The notes under the pieces: model-generated
Database searches by the model: none
What the model saw: only the letters and a program-made list of their open reading frames with translations
What the model was told of the DNA's origin: nothing
Part shown: piece by piece, positions 53,403-63,377 of the stretch
Numbering within the stretch: position 1 is the stretch's first letter
How the letters are laid out: each line of letters opens with the position of its first letter
Assembly (NCBI GenBank): GCA_030141605.1
Contig: JAQGDQ010002371.1
Span: 124,001 to 188,000, forward strand
Length of the DNA stretch: 64,000 nucleotides
Reading direction: 5' to 3'
Source of the DNA: Tubiluchus corallicola
Lineage: Eukaryota > Animalia > Priapulida
Translations under genes and position numbers: made by a program

Positions 53403-56400
53403 TGGTGTGCGCGTGCGCGTGCGTGTGCGTGTGCGTGGTAGAAAAACATTATGCACCAAAAATACCTGGTTTCAGTCAAGATTCTACGATTCTGAATATT
53501 ATGATATTTCTTTCAAATAGTTTAGTAATTTTGGAGGACATTTCTTGTTTTGTATAATTATTGTTGTGCAGTTTTACTAATTGCGTACTAAAGCTTGACA
53601 TTTAATTACCTGTTAATTAAATGTGCGTCAAATGAGGTGATATTCATTTGAATCACCAATACAGCCTTCGTGGCACGTGTTGTCATAAAAGAACTGTGAA
53701 ACCAGCGCTATTCAGAAGTAAGTATAACTCCACATTGTGGGAGAAGAAAGAGGATAGGGTGACGTAGTAACAGCTTCCTAAACAATATAATGTTTTTATT
53801 CTAGAAGTCAAGTAAATTTTTAAAAGGTCTTATGTAAGCAGAGCCTACAGTACAATGATTACGTATTTACAAGAAAGCCAAATATGTAACGAATTAACAG
53901 ACCGAATTAATTAGAAAAGGAGGAGATACAGCACAAAGTATCGCTAAGTGTTTGTAAATAAAGTTAAGGTAATTGGACAGCTTTACGCATTAAGAGAAGG
54001 CTTGTTATGGTACACTGATAAACTTTCTTTTATTAATAAATCCCAGTAATTTGCAGCATTGGTCACAATGCTGAAATTATAAAAATAAGCCTATAGCTAG
54101 CGGCACAGATATGGTTATGAATGTTAGACTGAAGAGGACTTTTTCTAATTTCTTGCCTGTTCTAGACTGCACAGATATTCATATATTCTTACTTTAAAAT
54201 GTCTGGATGGTTTGCCATTGTAGGCAGTATTGCAGCTGCCACACTGAAATGTATAAACAATACCAAACTATAAGAATGTGGGTACTTTGTCTTTAAATGG
54301 AAAGAAAGAGCTTTTAATAAGAAATGGGTAACTGAATATGAGGGTAAAGTTCGTAAAATTCAGTAATAGCTATACTTTAAAATACAGTAATATCTCATAT
54401 CTCTATCTCTATCTCTATCTTTACTATCAATAATAGCTATACTATCTCTTTCTTTTCAATAGGTCTGTTAATTCATTACCTATTTGACTTCCTTGGAAAT
54501 ACATAATTAGTGAATTTCTGTACTGTAGGCTGTGCCTATATAACTGGCTGTTTGTTTGTGTAATCTATCACTGGTGATGACTGCAGGGTGCAGTGGAAAC
54601 GTATGTGAAACGCTTTTTAATATTTCATGAGATTTTAATAAAAGTTGTTTTCTTTTTATGATATTCTAAAATTATTGTTACTTTCCTACTCTAATTGTTT
54701 TTGAAGAAGAAATAGTTGAACTGTACAATAATACATATGTAACAAAATGGAATAGTAAGAATGTTTAAATTGCTTTTTGTAGAGGAGGCGCACGACACAT
54801 ACTACTTGAACAGGATTATATCTCGAGTACTCACAACTACCACCACAACTACTACTACACCTGCGCCAACAACAACAATGTTAACTACAACCTTCTACAA
54901 TGGAACCACTTTTGACAACGGAACGTATGAAGGTCTTGAAAACGAAACTGATACAAGTAATGAAACGGTAGATATCTTGACTTATATTGCAACTTTTAAT
55001 ACCTTAATTTGGCATTATAACGGACTTCTTAAATTGAACCTTAGTAAAATTGAAAAAACTTTTATTATATGAAAAATAAAATTTGGCTCTGTCATGCTTT
55101 TTATCGAAGTTCAAATTCGACCAACAGCGTACTTTTACTGTAAGTATTTTGCAACAACTATCTTGCAATCTGTGACAATTTCGATAAGTAAGGATTCTCT
55201 TACATTTGTTAGGACTTAGATTTAAGTATGTTTACGTTTTTTACAGATTTATGAGGTTACTATCAAACCAACTAATTTGCCAGTCTACAGCAGTGTTTCA
55301 CCAGTAGAGCCATTACCAGTACCACCACCAAAGGCTAATGGATCCACGTCCTTTGTCAATATCACGGGTGGCGACACAACAGTGATGCCAACTACAACAG
55401 TCAGTACCACTACTACAACGACTATGCCTACAACGACTACCCCACGGCCAATATATGGTTAGTTCCAGCTCTTTGTTAGTACATTTTGCGATAATAACAA
55501 ATTATGCATAACTGGTTGTGCACTTAATCAAAAAGTTATCACAAAGAAAATTATAATTAGCATAGTCAACAAGATGAGGTTTTTCTTGCTAATCTTTCAG
55601 TTTTGATCGCATAAGACGACCAAGAAAATACTGATGATAGTGGTGCTTAGATGCTCCAAATGTGGCAAACAAGTATCACAGTTAAACAGTAATAATTTTG
55701 ATATTTTTCCCTAATTGTAGGTAAAGTGAACATCTTCAATGTAAAACATTTGATTAAAGTTTGTCTATTTGTATAAAGTATTAGTGCAAATACTTTAATA
55801 CATCACAAAAATTATCGTTGCAACACTGTTAAACATAATTTGGTGTAACGTACAATGTACATTTCGTCGTTCTATTTTTTAGATAGCTGTACTCTTCGGA
55901 TAGTGCCACGGGGACCAAGAATAAAGCTGAAAGTTGACGAAGAAGTTCGAATTTATCTAGATAAAACTGCACGTTGCTCAGAGATTCGAAGATGCACCGA
56001 TTCTGGTCATAGTCATACTATAGAAACAATATGTCTCCGAGGAGAAGCCTGTAGACTAAAATATGCTGTTTACAGTATGTATATCTAAAAACTAAATAGC
56101 TGGGTTTATGGCCGAAAAAGATATGACCTCAACTAAGACTTAAACATCGACCCTCTTGTTTTAGACAGTTCCTCTGCAGCAGTTCGTGGAGAAAACCTGC
56201 ATTGTCAAGCAGGACATTAATGCTCAAGTTCTGGCTGAGACACTGATATGTTATAGCTGTCTTTTCGACCCCAACACAATAACGTGATAACCCCTCGTAT
56301 GCCACTTATAAAGTTGAAAAAATGCGTATAAATGCGGAAATGGATTTTTTAATTATATTACAAGCACTTCAAACTGCTTTTCTATTTTCAGCACATGATT

Positions 56401-58453
56401 CTCCCACTTATCGTGCATTTCGGGGTCGCTGCACATGCTTTGAAGGTAGCATCATTTGCGTGAAACCAGATCCAGACGACTACAACACAACAGTTGGTAA
56501 GTTGATGTCAATAACTTTCGTGTTTTTGTCATCACTAAAAATTAGTGGAGCTTGGCAGTTTCTTTCCGATTTTTTGTGGACTTATCCTGCTTGATAATGA
56601 ACACTTGAAAAATAAAACACAAACATGCAAAGTAGTCAGCAATATATAGAAAGCAACAAAAGCATGTGATGGTGGATAAATTATCTTCGCAACATGACTC
56701 TTGACTATTGAGGTCTAAATTTTGATGCGAATCTCAAAAAAATAAATAAATCAGAAAAAAGTACTGTAGTTATAGATAATACAAACTGCATTACTTACTT
56801 TTCCAGGTGTTTATCTGTTTGTTGGCTTTAGTAGTACAGAACTGCGCACTGTTGTGCCTGTGATAGGTGACGTAGACGAAAATAATTTTACTGCTTTACT
56901 CAGCGATTTGCTCAATCACAGTGATGAGGATTTTAATCAGGTAAATTAATTGCCATGTAACATTTTATACCGCATACATCCAGTATATTTGTCACGATGT
57001 ATTAGGTCTATTTAATTTAAATATTGCACATGGCACGTTAATCAACATCTAACCAACGAAAACATTAAATGTGACGTTAAGCATCATAAAGTAATATAAC
57101 TTTAACATGGCACAGCGTAATGTAACGTAACATGGCAGTGCTAATTCTTAAAAACTTAAATGAGTGTGTAAGATAATATAATGTAAATCATAATCCAAAT
57201 AATCTAGTGTCGCATAATGTAACGCACAGTGGGGCAATATTCTGAATATAGCTGAATGAAACGTAACATAATTCTGACGATTTGTAAGAATTAGAAGTAG
57301 ACATTGTGGGAAAATATAATAGGCTTCATTTCAAATTGTGTACTATCTTCCTTTGCAGGTGCCATGCGAGCTGCGGGTGTTTTACAAGTTTCACGATAAT
57401 TATATCTTCAGGGTTTCTTCCGAAAATGACAATTTAACTGACACACCAGAAGATATGAACAGGGTAATTAAGAAAAAAATCTAGTAACTGAGAATTAAAT
57501 TCAGTCGCTAAATTTCTACTTAACCAAAAGCTAGTGAAATTTCGCCATTACTTTAGGCTACCAATTATGCTGAACGCCTGTTGAGACAAGAATGTAGCTC
57601 ATTAACAAGATACACTGTAGATTTTTGAAGTAAAACTTTTTTATGAAATTTAAAACACAAAGTAGGTTTAAAAGACGCTTAATTTCATGTTTTTACTTTT
57701 TATTTTAAAAATTTTACATCAATACAACATAATTATGAAATTTATCTTGGACTGCTTATTTCGGCTACCCTAGCAGCTATCTCTTAGCCAGCTGAAACAG
57801 TCAAAATAAATTTCATAACTATGTTTCTTGCGTGATTGGAATTACATTGCTTCTTATTTTCAATTCTGCCAAATGTGAGTCTATTCAGCGCAAGTTAAAT
57901 GTAAAATTTACGATTTGTTAAAATACGTCACCATAGTATTGCTGAGCAATTAAATGTTTTGCGAAGGACTAACTAGGTCTCATAATATAATTTTAATTTC
58001 AAGATTATCAGTTAACAAAATGAGGCCACAATTACTAAGATTTTCAAAACCAATTAATCAAAAGAAAAATGTGGAAAAATTGGAAGTCAGTTTGGGTTTG
58101 TGCATTTTTCTGTAAGTAAAATCCAATCTAGCAACTAGAGATCCGAACTAAATCCTATATTGCTCAATATATGATTATAATGACTGTAGATTTATTTCCT
58201 CAGTTTCAACAAAACTGGTTGTTTTCAGGAATGCTTGGAACGATTATACGTGTTGGATAATATGATAAATACTCAAAATGTTCGTATAATGAAGCATCCA
58301 CTGCTATCTGTCATCAAACTCTCGGAAGTGCGGGTTAACTTGTCTCTTCTTGATGAGTCTGAGGGCCACCAGATCTCCTTTTCATTTCTTAACTTAATTT
58401 TTAACTTGTGTTTTGTTTGTTTAATAAAAATTATGTGCGAACGCGTGACGTAA
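35671..58453 (+). CDS. Whole-gene span: 16-exon gene, ~1128 aa, GPI-anchored GDNF-family-receptor/GAS1-like protein with 4 Cys-rich GDNF domains and a RECK-like C-terminal region
   Basis: Exons 35671-35821, 41015-41131, 42678-42875, 44587-44722, 45330-45454, 46175-46930, 47853-48059, 49615-49951, 52958-53160, 54783-54967, 55247-55457, 55883-56074, 56392-56496, 56807-56940, 57359-57463, 58229-58453 join in one open frame (3387 nt); all introns GT-AG with matching phases. Confidence 0.85.
40212..40504. mobile_element. CACTA/EnSpm-like MITE (~290 bp) in intron 1
   Basis: Termini cccaatcaaga / tcttgactgga flanked by TA; perfect internal inverted repeat cacaagcatgagg (40248) / cctcatgcttgtg (40441); many tgagctca/catgag motifs. 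Confidence 0.65.
41015..41131 (+). CDS. Exon 2: first half of GDNF/GAS1 domain 1
   Basis: tttcag|GT...ACCT|gtaagt; AHNVTGEPLDCLEARSLCTNDITCELILQYLPTACGET (C-x6-C-x2-D-x2-C pattern); not in the ORF track. Confidence 0.9.
41200..41535. repeat. (CAT)/(GTC)/(GTT) low-complexity tract in intron 2
   Basis: Directly visible. Confidence 0.85.
42678..42875 (+). CDS. Exon 3: second half of GDNF/GAS1 domain 1
   Basis: ttttag|...CCTG|gtaagg; YKCDAQNLDKCRAVVSAL...VCLC...ECWEFRHALFNHDC. Confidence 0.92.
43171..43508. mobile_element. hAT-type MITE, 338 bp, in intron 3
   Basis: TIRs cagggccggattta / taaatccggcccta; flanks gatttagc / tgtttagc form a degenerate 8-bp TSD. Confidence 0.85.
44587..44722 (+). 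CDS. Exon 4: first half of GDNF/GAS1 domain 2
   Basis: tttcag|...AA|gtaagt; TSQKKVPSCSAGYKACIDDYICRKVYKNFRIACRHRQGRCTMVD. Confidence 0.92.
45330..45454 (+). CDS. Exon 5: second half of GDNF/GAS1 domain 2
   Basis: tttcag|...A|gtgagt; SECWESWLDVTSTPLAGCHCENRRNNRCLRIQYEMRANPCV. Confidence 0.92.
46175..46930 (+). CDS. Exon 6: acidic and Thr/Ala-rich mucin-like linker
   Basis: tttcag|...ATTG|gtaagc; 252 codons open inside ORF 46147-46944. Confidence 0.9.
47365..47565. repeat. Array of ttacataatg/ttacatagta motifs (MITE-like)
   Basis: About 8 copies of ttacata(a/g)t, some inverted. Confidence 0.6.
47853..48059 (+). CDS. Exon 7: Ser-Gly/acidic linker
   Basis: ccagcag tandem acceptor; ASTHASHSKKSSGSFSDDGSGSGFYNGELDF...; donor TCAA|gtacga chosen for phase and is weak. 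Confidence 0.7.
48229..48408. repeat. (GAT/GAC)n degenerate microsatellite
   Basis: Directly visible. Confidence 0.9.
49615..49951 (+). CDS. Exon 8: GFR-alpha D2-like domain and start of D3-like domain
   Basis: tttcag|...AG|gtgggt; SCLEALEKCSNDTVCAKKFSAVITAC...CRQRVHEFYELVDPFFTHDMVFCEC...LPHCA...PTCLKIYSDCDYGVSCR. Confidence 0.93.
50888..52021 (-). CDS. IQCG: IQ motif-containing protein G / dynein regulatory complex subunit 9 (DRC9), intronless, nested antisense in intron 8
   Basis: 377-aa ORF: N-terminal VLEVCIDQLHILGCILP, long coiled coil, WMDKYDHD motif, C-terminal IQ motif KIQAFWRGVMVRKHLGPY and Lys-rich tail. Confidence 0.88.
   Translation of the reverse strand: MMATGAEIRDVCTVLEVCIDQLHILGCILPRRAAKNSYELGGLSFDNVIQDQKRADLVFKRMGSNITTDGKSANTSPPVEDFEPSILLPKGSVHDHTQLESLLKVQVDRTFVEDALSLVLAELSESGTCKSLVNRLKEERDRRDHFKNTIAREEQCRMEIETLRNEIVSLKEETKRNLEEAADTIAKVKDSIQETKDRSAMESKYVTARSDNQEYQCKQECLKAQNKLKDQNDKIRRDMGDESRVSLEFEDYLRDNLQEVEKQLDYWMDKYDHDIDEMENNMEVIKQNQETTLKKYYDLSQEYERRLKLIDEDEAAKELAKKESEQQALLLKYTIKIQAFWRGVMVRKHLGPYKKKKRKGKSPAAKKDRKSKQKKRK
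52220..52232. promoter_or_regulatory. Candidate RFX X-box upstream of IQCG/DRC9
   Basis: GTTGCCATGCAAC, one base short of the palindromic GTTGCCATGGCAAC, ~200 bp 5' of the ATG of a ciliary gene. Confidence 0.6.
52958..53160 (+). CDS. Exon 9: rest of GFR-alpha D3-like domain
   Basis: ctgtag|G, phase 2 matching exon 8; EKLQIYRKYC...CRNALVKLIGTEMGARNCTC...ECLDIQNLMFDNACR. Confidence 0.93.
53344..53437. repeat. (GT)n microsatellite
   Basis: Directly visible. Confidence 0.95.
54783..54967 (+). CDS. Exon 10: Thr-rich stalk with N-glycosylation sequons
   Basis: ttgtag|AG...ACG|gtagat; EAHDTYYLNRIISRVLTTTTTTTTTPAPTTT...NGT...NET. Confidence 0.82.
55247..55457 (+). CDS. Exon 11: Pro/Thr-rich stalk
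   Basis: ttacag|ATT...TATG|gttagt; IYEVTIKPTNLPVYSS...TTTPRPIY. Confidence 0.85.
55883..56074 (+). CDS. Exon 12: Cys module resembling the RECK mid-region
   Basis: ttttag|AT...TACA|gtatgt; SCTLRIVP...RCSEIRRCTDSGHSHTIETICLRGEACRLKYAVY. Confidence 0.88.
56392..56496 (+). CDS. Exon 13: FnI/VWC-like C-x-C-F-x-G-x3-C motif
   Basis: tttcag|...TTG|gtaagt; HDSPTYRAFRGRCTCFEGSIICVKPDPDDYNTTV. Confidence 0.9.
56807..56940 (+). CDS. Exon 14: RECK-like C-terminal domain, part 1
   Basis: ttccag|GT...CAG|gtaaat; VYLFVGFSSTELRTVVPVIGDVDENNFTALLSDLLNHSDEDFNQ; not in the ORF track. Confidence 0.88.
57359..57463 (+). CDS. Exon 15: RECK-like C-terminal domain, part 2
   Basis: ttgcag|GTG...AGG|gtaatt; VPCELRVFYKFHDNYIFRVSSENDNLTDTPEDMNR. 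Confidence 0.88.
58229..58453 (+). CDS. Exon 16: end of RECK-like domain, GPI-signal-like hydrophobic tail, stop
   Basis: tttcag|GAA; ECLERLYVLDNMINTQNVRIMKHPLLSVIKLSEVRV...DESEGHQISFSFLNLIFNLCFVCLIKIMCERVT*. Confidence 0.88.
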   Translation, partial: ECLERLYVLDNMINTQNVRIMKHPLLSVIKLSEVRVNLSLLDESEGHQISFSFLNLIFNLCFVCLIKIMCERVT

Positions 58454-59240
58454 CGTACTAGGTATTATACTAATTAAATCATTTGCAGCAACAAGTTTAC
58501 GAACAGGTAGATGTCTCGTTTGTATAAATGTAATTCATGCTTGAGGCGGTTTTCAATTTCCAAAGCAAATTGGCTTTGCTTGACTTTTGCGCTATGTGTC
58601 ATAGGTGTTTCATAAAACGTTTGTGTCGGTTGAAGTACTTGATAAGTATAAATTTTCTAAATTGATCTTGTCATTAGTTTATAAGCCTATAGATGAGAAG
58701 AAAGTAATGTTTCGTACATATTAAGATTAAGTAATTGTATTTGTTTGTAATTTTATTGTAAATAATGTTGTACTATACGTTCGTTGTTACATACTCAACT
58801 TGTTTGTAAATTTATTAATAAAATTTAGAAGTCAGTTCGGTGCTAACAAAGGCAGATCAAAGTATTTGTCAAAGTTTGTTTATCTTTTAAGTTAATATTA
58901 TTATAATTTTGTACTTTAATTATGAATAATTTGTAAATATTATGCCTGAATGTCATATTGTGAACAAAGGACGCATTAATTTTGTACATCAAGTTATAAT
59001 TTTTAGTGTACAGTTGAAAGAATTTAGTATATTTGCTTCGTATAGTTCATGGATGCAATTACATCATTAAATTATCGTTATTTTTTGACTGCTGCGTAGA
59101 ATTTCTTCACGAAGGAAAAATTATATTTTATCTGTTCTGTCTTTTGGGTTTAACTTATATGATTTTTTATAATTAACTAAAACATTAGTATTTACAGTAT
59201 TTACTATGACTATCATTGTTATTATAATTGTAATAAAAGA
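58454..59240 (+). promoter_or_regulatory. Probable AU-rich 3' UTR with poly(A) signal candidates
   Basis: AATAAA at 58817 and 59232; TGTAAATA (Pumilio-type) at 58757 and 58932; the AT-rich background weakens these calls. Confidence 0.4.
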
Positions 59241-59367
59241 AAAGTAAAAAACGTTGGCTTTAAAATAAATATTAGATAAACATTAGATACGTAATAGCAC
59301 TAGCACCACTAAATTGCCTGTATTGCATTATTGCATTGTAAATTTATTTAAGGTTCGGCTTACAATG

Positions 59368-59442
59368 ATTATGATGATGATGATGATAATGATGATGACG
59401 ACGACGACGACGATGATGATGGTGGTGGTGGTGATGGTGATG

Positions 59443-59506
<64 letters not shown>
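59368..59506. repeat. (GAT)n microsatellite with GAC/GGT variants
   Basis: Directly visible. Confidence 0.95.
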
Positions 59507-59507
<1 letters not shown>

Positions 59508-60759
59508 AGACTGTGATGCCAACGATGATGACAAAGCATACCTTCACTCGAAACCAGTAATCAGTAAGCAGCTAAAAGACAAGTCCTTTGATTACTGCAT
59601 AAACAAAACAGATTACAAGAACTTGAGTTATTAAGGGGCGCTACAAGATAAGGTACATAAAGATAAGATTATCTTTTTTTCGGGCAAAAATCCATATCAG
59701 AACAGACGTACAATATAAACCACAATACGTATGTATAATACATACATATACGCATCATACATGCATAAAATGCTACCACAATAAAATGATTTACAGAATA
59801 AAAAATGGCAAAATACAAAAAGTGCCTGTATATAGCTTATATGTCCAGTAGTGATCCATTTTAATTAAGAAAATACAAGCACTGTTAAAATTTAAAACAA
59901 CTAAGTTTAGCATTAATAAGTTGCACACTTAAATCATAAAAATACGTATTAAAAAGTTTGGGTGACAGCATACAGTAACTACAAAGATTCAGAAATAATA
60001 TCCGCCCATCTTACACGCATGTGATGAGTATCATATGTTGTGTATCAGTAGAATAACAAACGTAATAGTAGTATTTTTATTGACATTAAGATCAACAAGA
60101 TTACATGTACATTTACAATACGTGTAACGTGCAATGCGTGTAATGATACGTGTAACGCGCAATATTACAAACGAAACAAATATTAGTTTACAAATATTGC
60201 TAAAGTAGAGTGCAAAATACACAGCAATGGCAGTAAATTTTTTTAACATAACATCGAAAAAGGTATTAATAACCAGATAACAATTTAGTGAAAATTTTTA
60301 GCTAACTTATCTGTTACAGAAACACACTTACAGAAACAAATTAAGAATATCGCTTAAAAATTTTCCGCAAGTTGAAGGGTTGAACGAAACTCCAAAACAT
60401 TACATAAATTTAGATTGTATTTTTCTCTCACCGCTTTTGTTAATTCACAAATAGTAACGATGCAACGATATGGAAAACGCATCCGCATTCGCGTGCTACA
60501 TAAAGTCGATTAACTAGCATGCAGATGCGGATGCGTCTTCCACATGCGGAATAGGTAAAATCGGTTTATATTGTTTTCAATGCACACGTTTATGCAGCCT
60601 ACGTAAGCGTTATTCCTTTTCTGCAGCCATTTCCCGTTCTTTTAAGCATATAGATGCACATGTCCGTGTCGTGTTTTTTTTGTAACTGAATAGGCATCTA
60701 TAGTAGCAAGTTTACCATAGTAACGGCACAACAGAAGGGATTCCAAGAGTTTGCTTGAG

Positions 60760-60845
60760 ATACTTGACAGGGTGGCAGTTGTTCACATCTGTTAGCTTGC
60801 CGTTTTTGTCTTTTACGAGTGGCACAAGAATGCTGTCAGTGAGCA
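60760..60845 (-). mobile_element. Short LINE RT N-terminal fragment
   Basis: LTDSILVPLVKDKNGKLTDVNNCHPV resembles the motif h-h-P-h-x-K...D-x-N-NYRPI. Confidence 0.65.
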
Positions 60846-61018
60846 AGGCTGGTAGTACGGTACGGTACGAAAAAAATACCATATTTCGTACCTTTAAAAA
60901 CACCGTAGATTAGGGGGGCAGTGGTGTCGGGGAGATTGTATAGGATGGAAAAATCCCACCCTCCGACACTTTGCTGAGGCCTTCGACAGGCCCATTGCAA
61001 TTATTCACTGCTATACGT

Positions 61019-62065
61019 CTATTGGTCGTACTCGGCAAGCCTTCCAGCTTGCTTCAGATACGCCGCTAGTTTTTTCAGGTTTAAGTTCTCTACAACTGCT
61101 CTAAGTGTTGTATTTTTATTTCCCAGACATTTGATACGAGCACCCTGGTAGGCGGTGCATCGTCCCACGTGATGGTCCGGTGTTTCGTCTTCCTGACCAC
61201 ATTTCGGGCAAATCGCGGATTGTGCTCGACAAGTGGTTTTTTTATGTTTTTGGAGATTACAGTGTCCGGTTAGGACCTGTATAACCATGTCGAGTTGAGT
61301 TCTACTGAGATTCAGGAGCCTATTGCAGACTCGGGCCGAGGCCCAGCCCACATGTTCCTTCGTTCTCTTGCAGTCCTCACGATTATTCCACGACGTTTCC
61401 CATCGTTTTAGACTCCATCCCTTAATCGCGTAGACACAGCTAGCGTAAGGGACGGGCAGATAGGGTTCTGGTCCCTCCGGAGAGAGCTCAGATCCCTTTT
61501 TAGCAAGTTTGTCCGCCTCTTAGTTACCATGTACTCCTTCGTGTCCAGGAATCCATGTAACCAAGACTCGGTTTCTTTTTCCAAGTATGTTCAAGTTTTC
61601 AACACAACGTAAAACCGAGATAGATTTTACTGTATTGTTTTCAGTAGCTTTAATAGCCGCCTGGCTGTCTGACAGGATGACTATTGATTGATTCTGGAGT
61701 CCTTCCGAAGACATTATCTCCGCCGCTTGTGAGATGGCGAAAACTTCTGCCTGGAAAACAGTACTCAATTTCCCAAGATAGAAGAACTCCTCCAATACTC
61801 TGGACTCAGTCGGATACTCGATACGTATACCTGCACCGATCCTTCCGCCCAGTTTGGAACCATCGGTATAACACCTGACACAGTTCCTATCCATTTCGCC
61901 TTCCGATTTGATAGCGATTTCTCTTTCCTGAATCTGGCATTCGAAATTTTTTTCGAACACGCGTGTTCTTTTTCTTAAATCACCCGGCATATGCAACAGT
62001 TGGAGGTCGCGCCTATAGCTATTGCACACATCGATATGACTTTTAGACTTACCAAAAGTTCCCAC
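61019..62065 (-). pseudogene. RNase H and C-terminal CCHC region of retrotransposon ORF2, with one in-frame stop
   Basis: YTDGSK, TVFQAEVFAI, SDSQAAI, WIPGHEGVHGN*EADKLAKKG reads on in frame to LTGH...CPKCGQEDETPDHHVGRC. Confidence 0.9.
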
Positions 62066-63365
62066 GGTCTTCGCTGTCCGTTAATTTACCGTCTTCTTTA
62101 TACACACAGCTTAACTGCGCTGCTTTATTTCGGCGGAGGACCTTTACCAACCTAGCAGTTGGTGCCTGATCTTCCATCTTTTCCGTGAAACTCCGCCAGG
62201 ATTGGCGTTTCGCCTTCCGGACGGCGTTTTTGAATATAGACTGGGTTAGCTTTCTTGTTTCCCAGTCTCGTTGATTTTTAGTCTTAGTGGCTCTCCTGCA
62301 AGCCCTGCGCGCCTCCTTGCGGAGACGGCTTAGCTCCGGATTCCACCATTTGTTCCCATCCTTCTTCCTCTGCCTACGTAATGGGCAAGCAGTTTCATAA
62401 GAATGAATAACAGCAGCCTGAACTTCATCAGCCAAATCCTCAATATCCTCATTGGAGGACACCTTGTATTCCCGGTTCAGTTCTGGAAGTTTATGCTCAA
62501 GTTCTTCCGCATACTTTTCCCAGCAAGTACGGCGGATGTTCCTGATGAGTGGGTTTTCTTTTGAAATACTGCTTTTCACTAGGAATCTTATATACATGTG
62601 GTCCGACAGCGATGGCACGTCACTGACATACCAATCGCATACTATGTCCCCTGCATGCAGATTCCTCAGTGTCAGGTCTAGCACCTCTTCTCTTGCTTTT
62701 GTTCGGAACGTTGGTTTACGGCCAACATTACAGAACTCAAGATTAGCGCTTGCACAATACTCCAAGAGTTCCTCACCCCTGTCGTTGACATCGGTGGAAC
62801 CCCATAACGTATGATGCGCATTAGCATCAGTCCCCACAATAATTGGAGTTTTATCGCCGTCCCCGAATGATATCAGTTCCCTGAGTAACATAGGGGGAGC
62901 CGGTTGATCATGCACCATGTATGCCGAGGCGAAAATGAACTCATCTCCATCCCGGCACACATTTTTTGCTTTAACCACCACAATGTCTGTATTCGAGAAC
63001 ACTGGAAGTAAAAAGCATTTTAGGTTAGGAGTGGCATAAATGCACGCCCGAGGCCTTTCTCCATTCCGGTTTCCCTGGAACAGATCCCATCCTCGGAGTT
63101 TACCCCTAACTTCCCCACCGTGCGTCCAGGGTTCCTGTACAAAGACTAACCCGGTACGTATGTGTTTTACAACATCCTGCAAGTTGTAACTCGCAGCTTT
63201 GCTTTTGTGAAGATTGATTTGCCAGCACTCAATACCAGAGACACTTTGTGCTGGCTTCTCACCTATTTTATCCAAATTGTCCCCGGAAATAACATTCAAT
63301 CTACCGTGGGTATTTCCACCGAAGACTGTCTGCGGCCGGGATTTTACTTTAGCCCCTGTTCCCAT
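62049..63365 (-). pseudogene. Apurinic-like endonuclease (APE) domain of retrotransposon ORF2
   Basis: WQINLHKS, VQEPW, GTDANAHH, LDLT, SDH motifs, then KWWNPEL linker; ends at the deletion junction. Confidence 0.92.
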
Positions 63366-63377
63366 ACTTTTCTGTAT

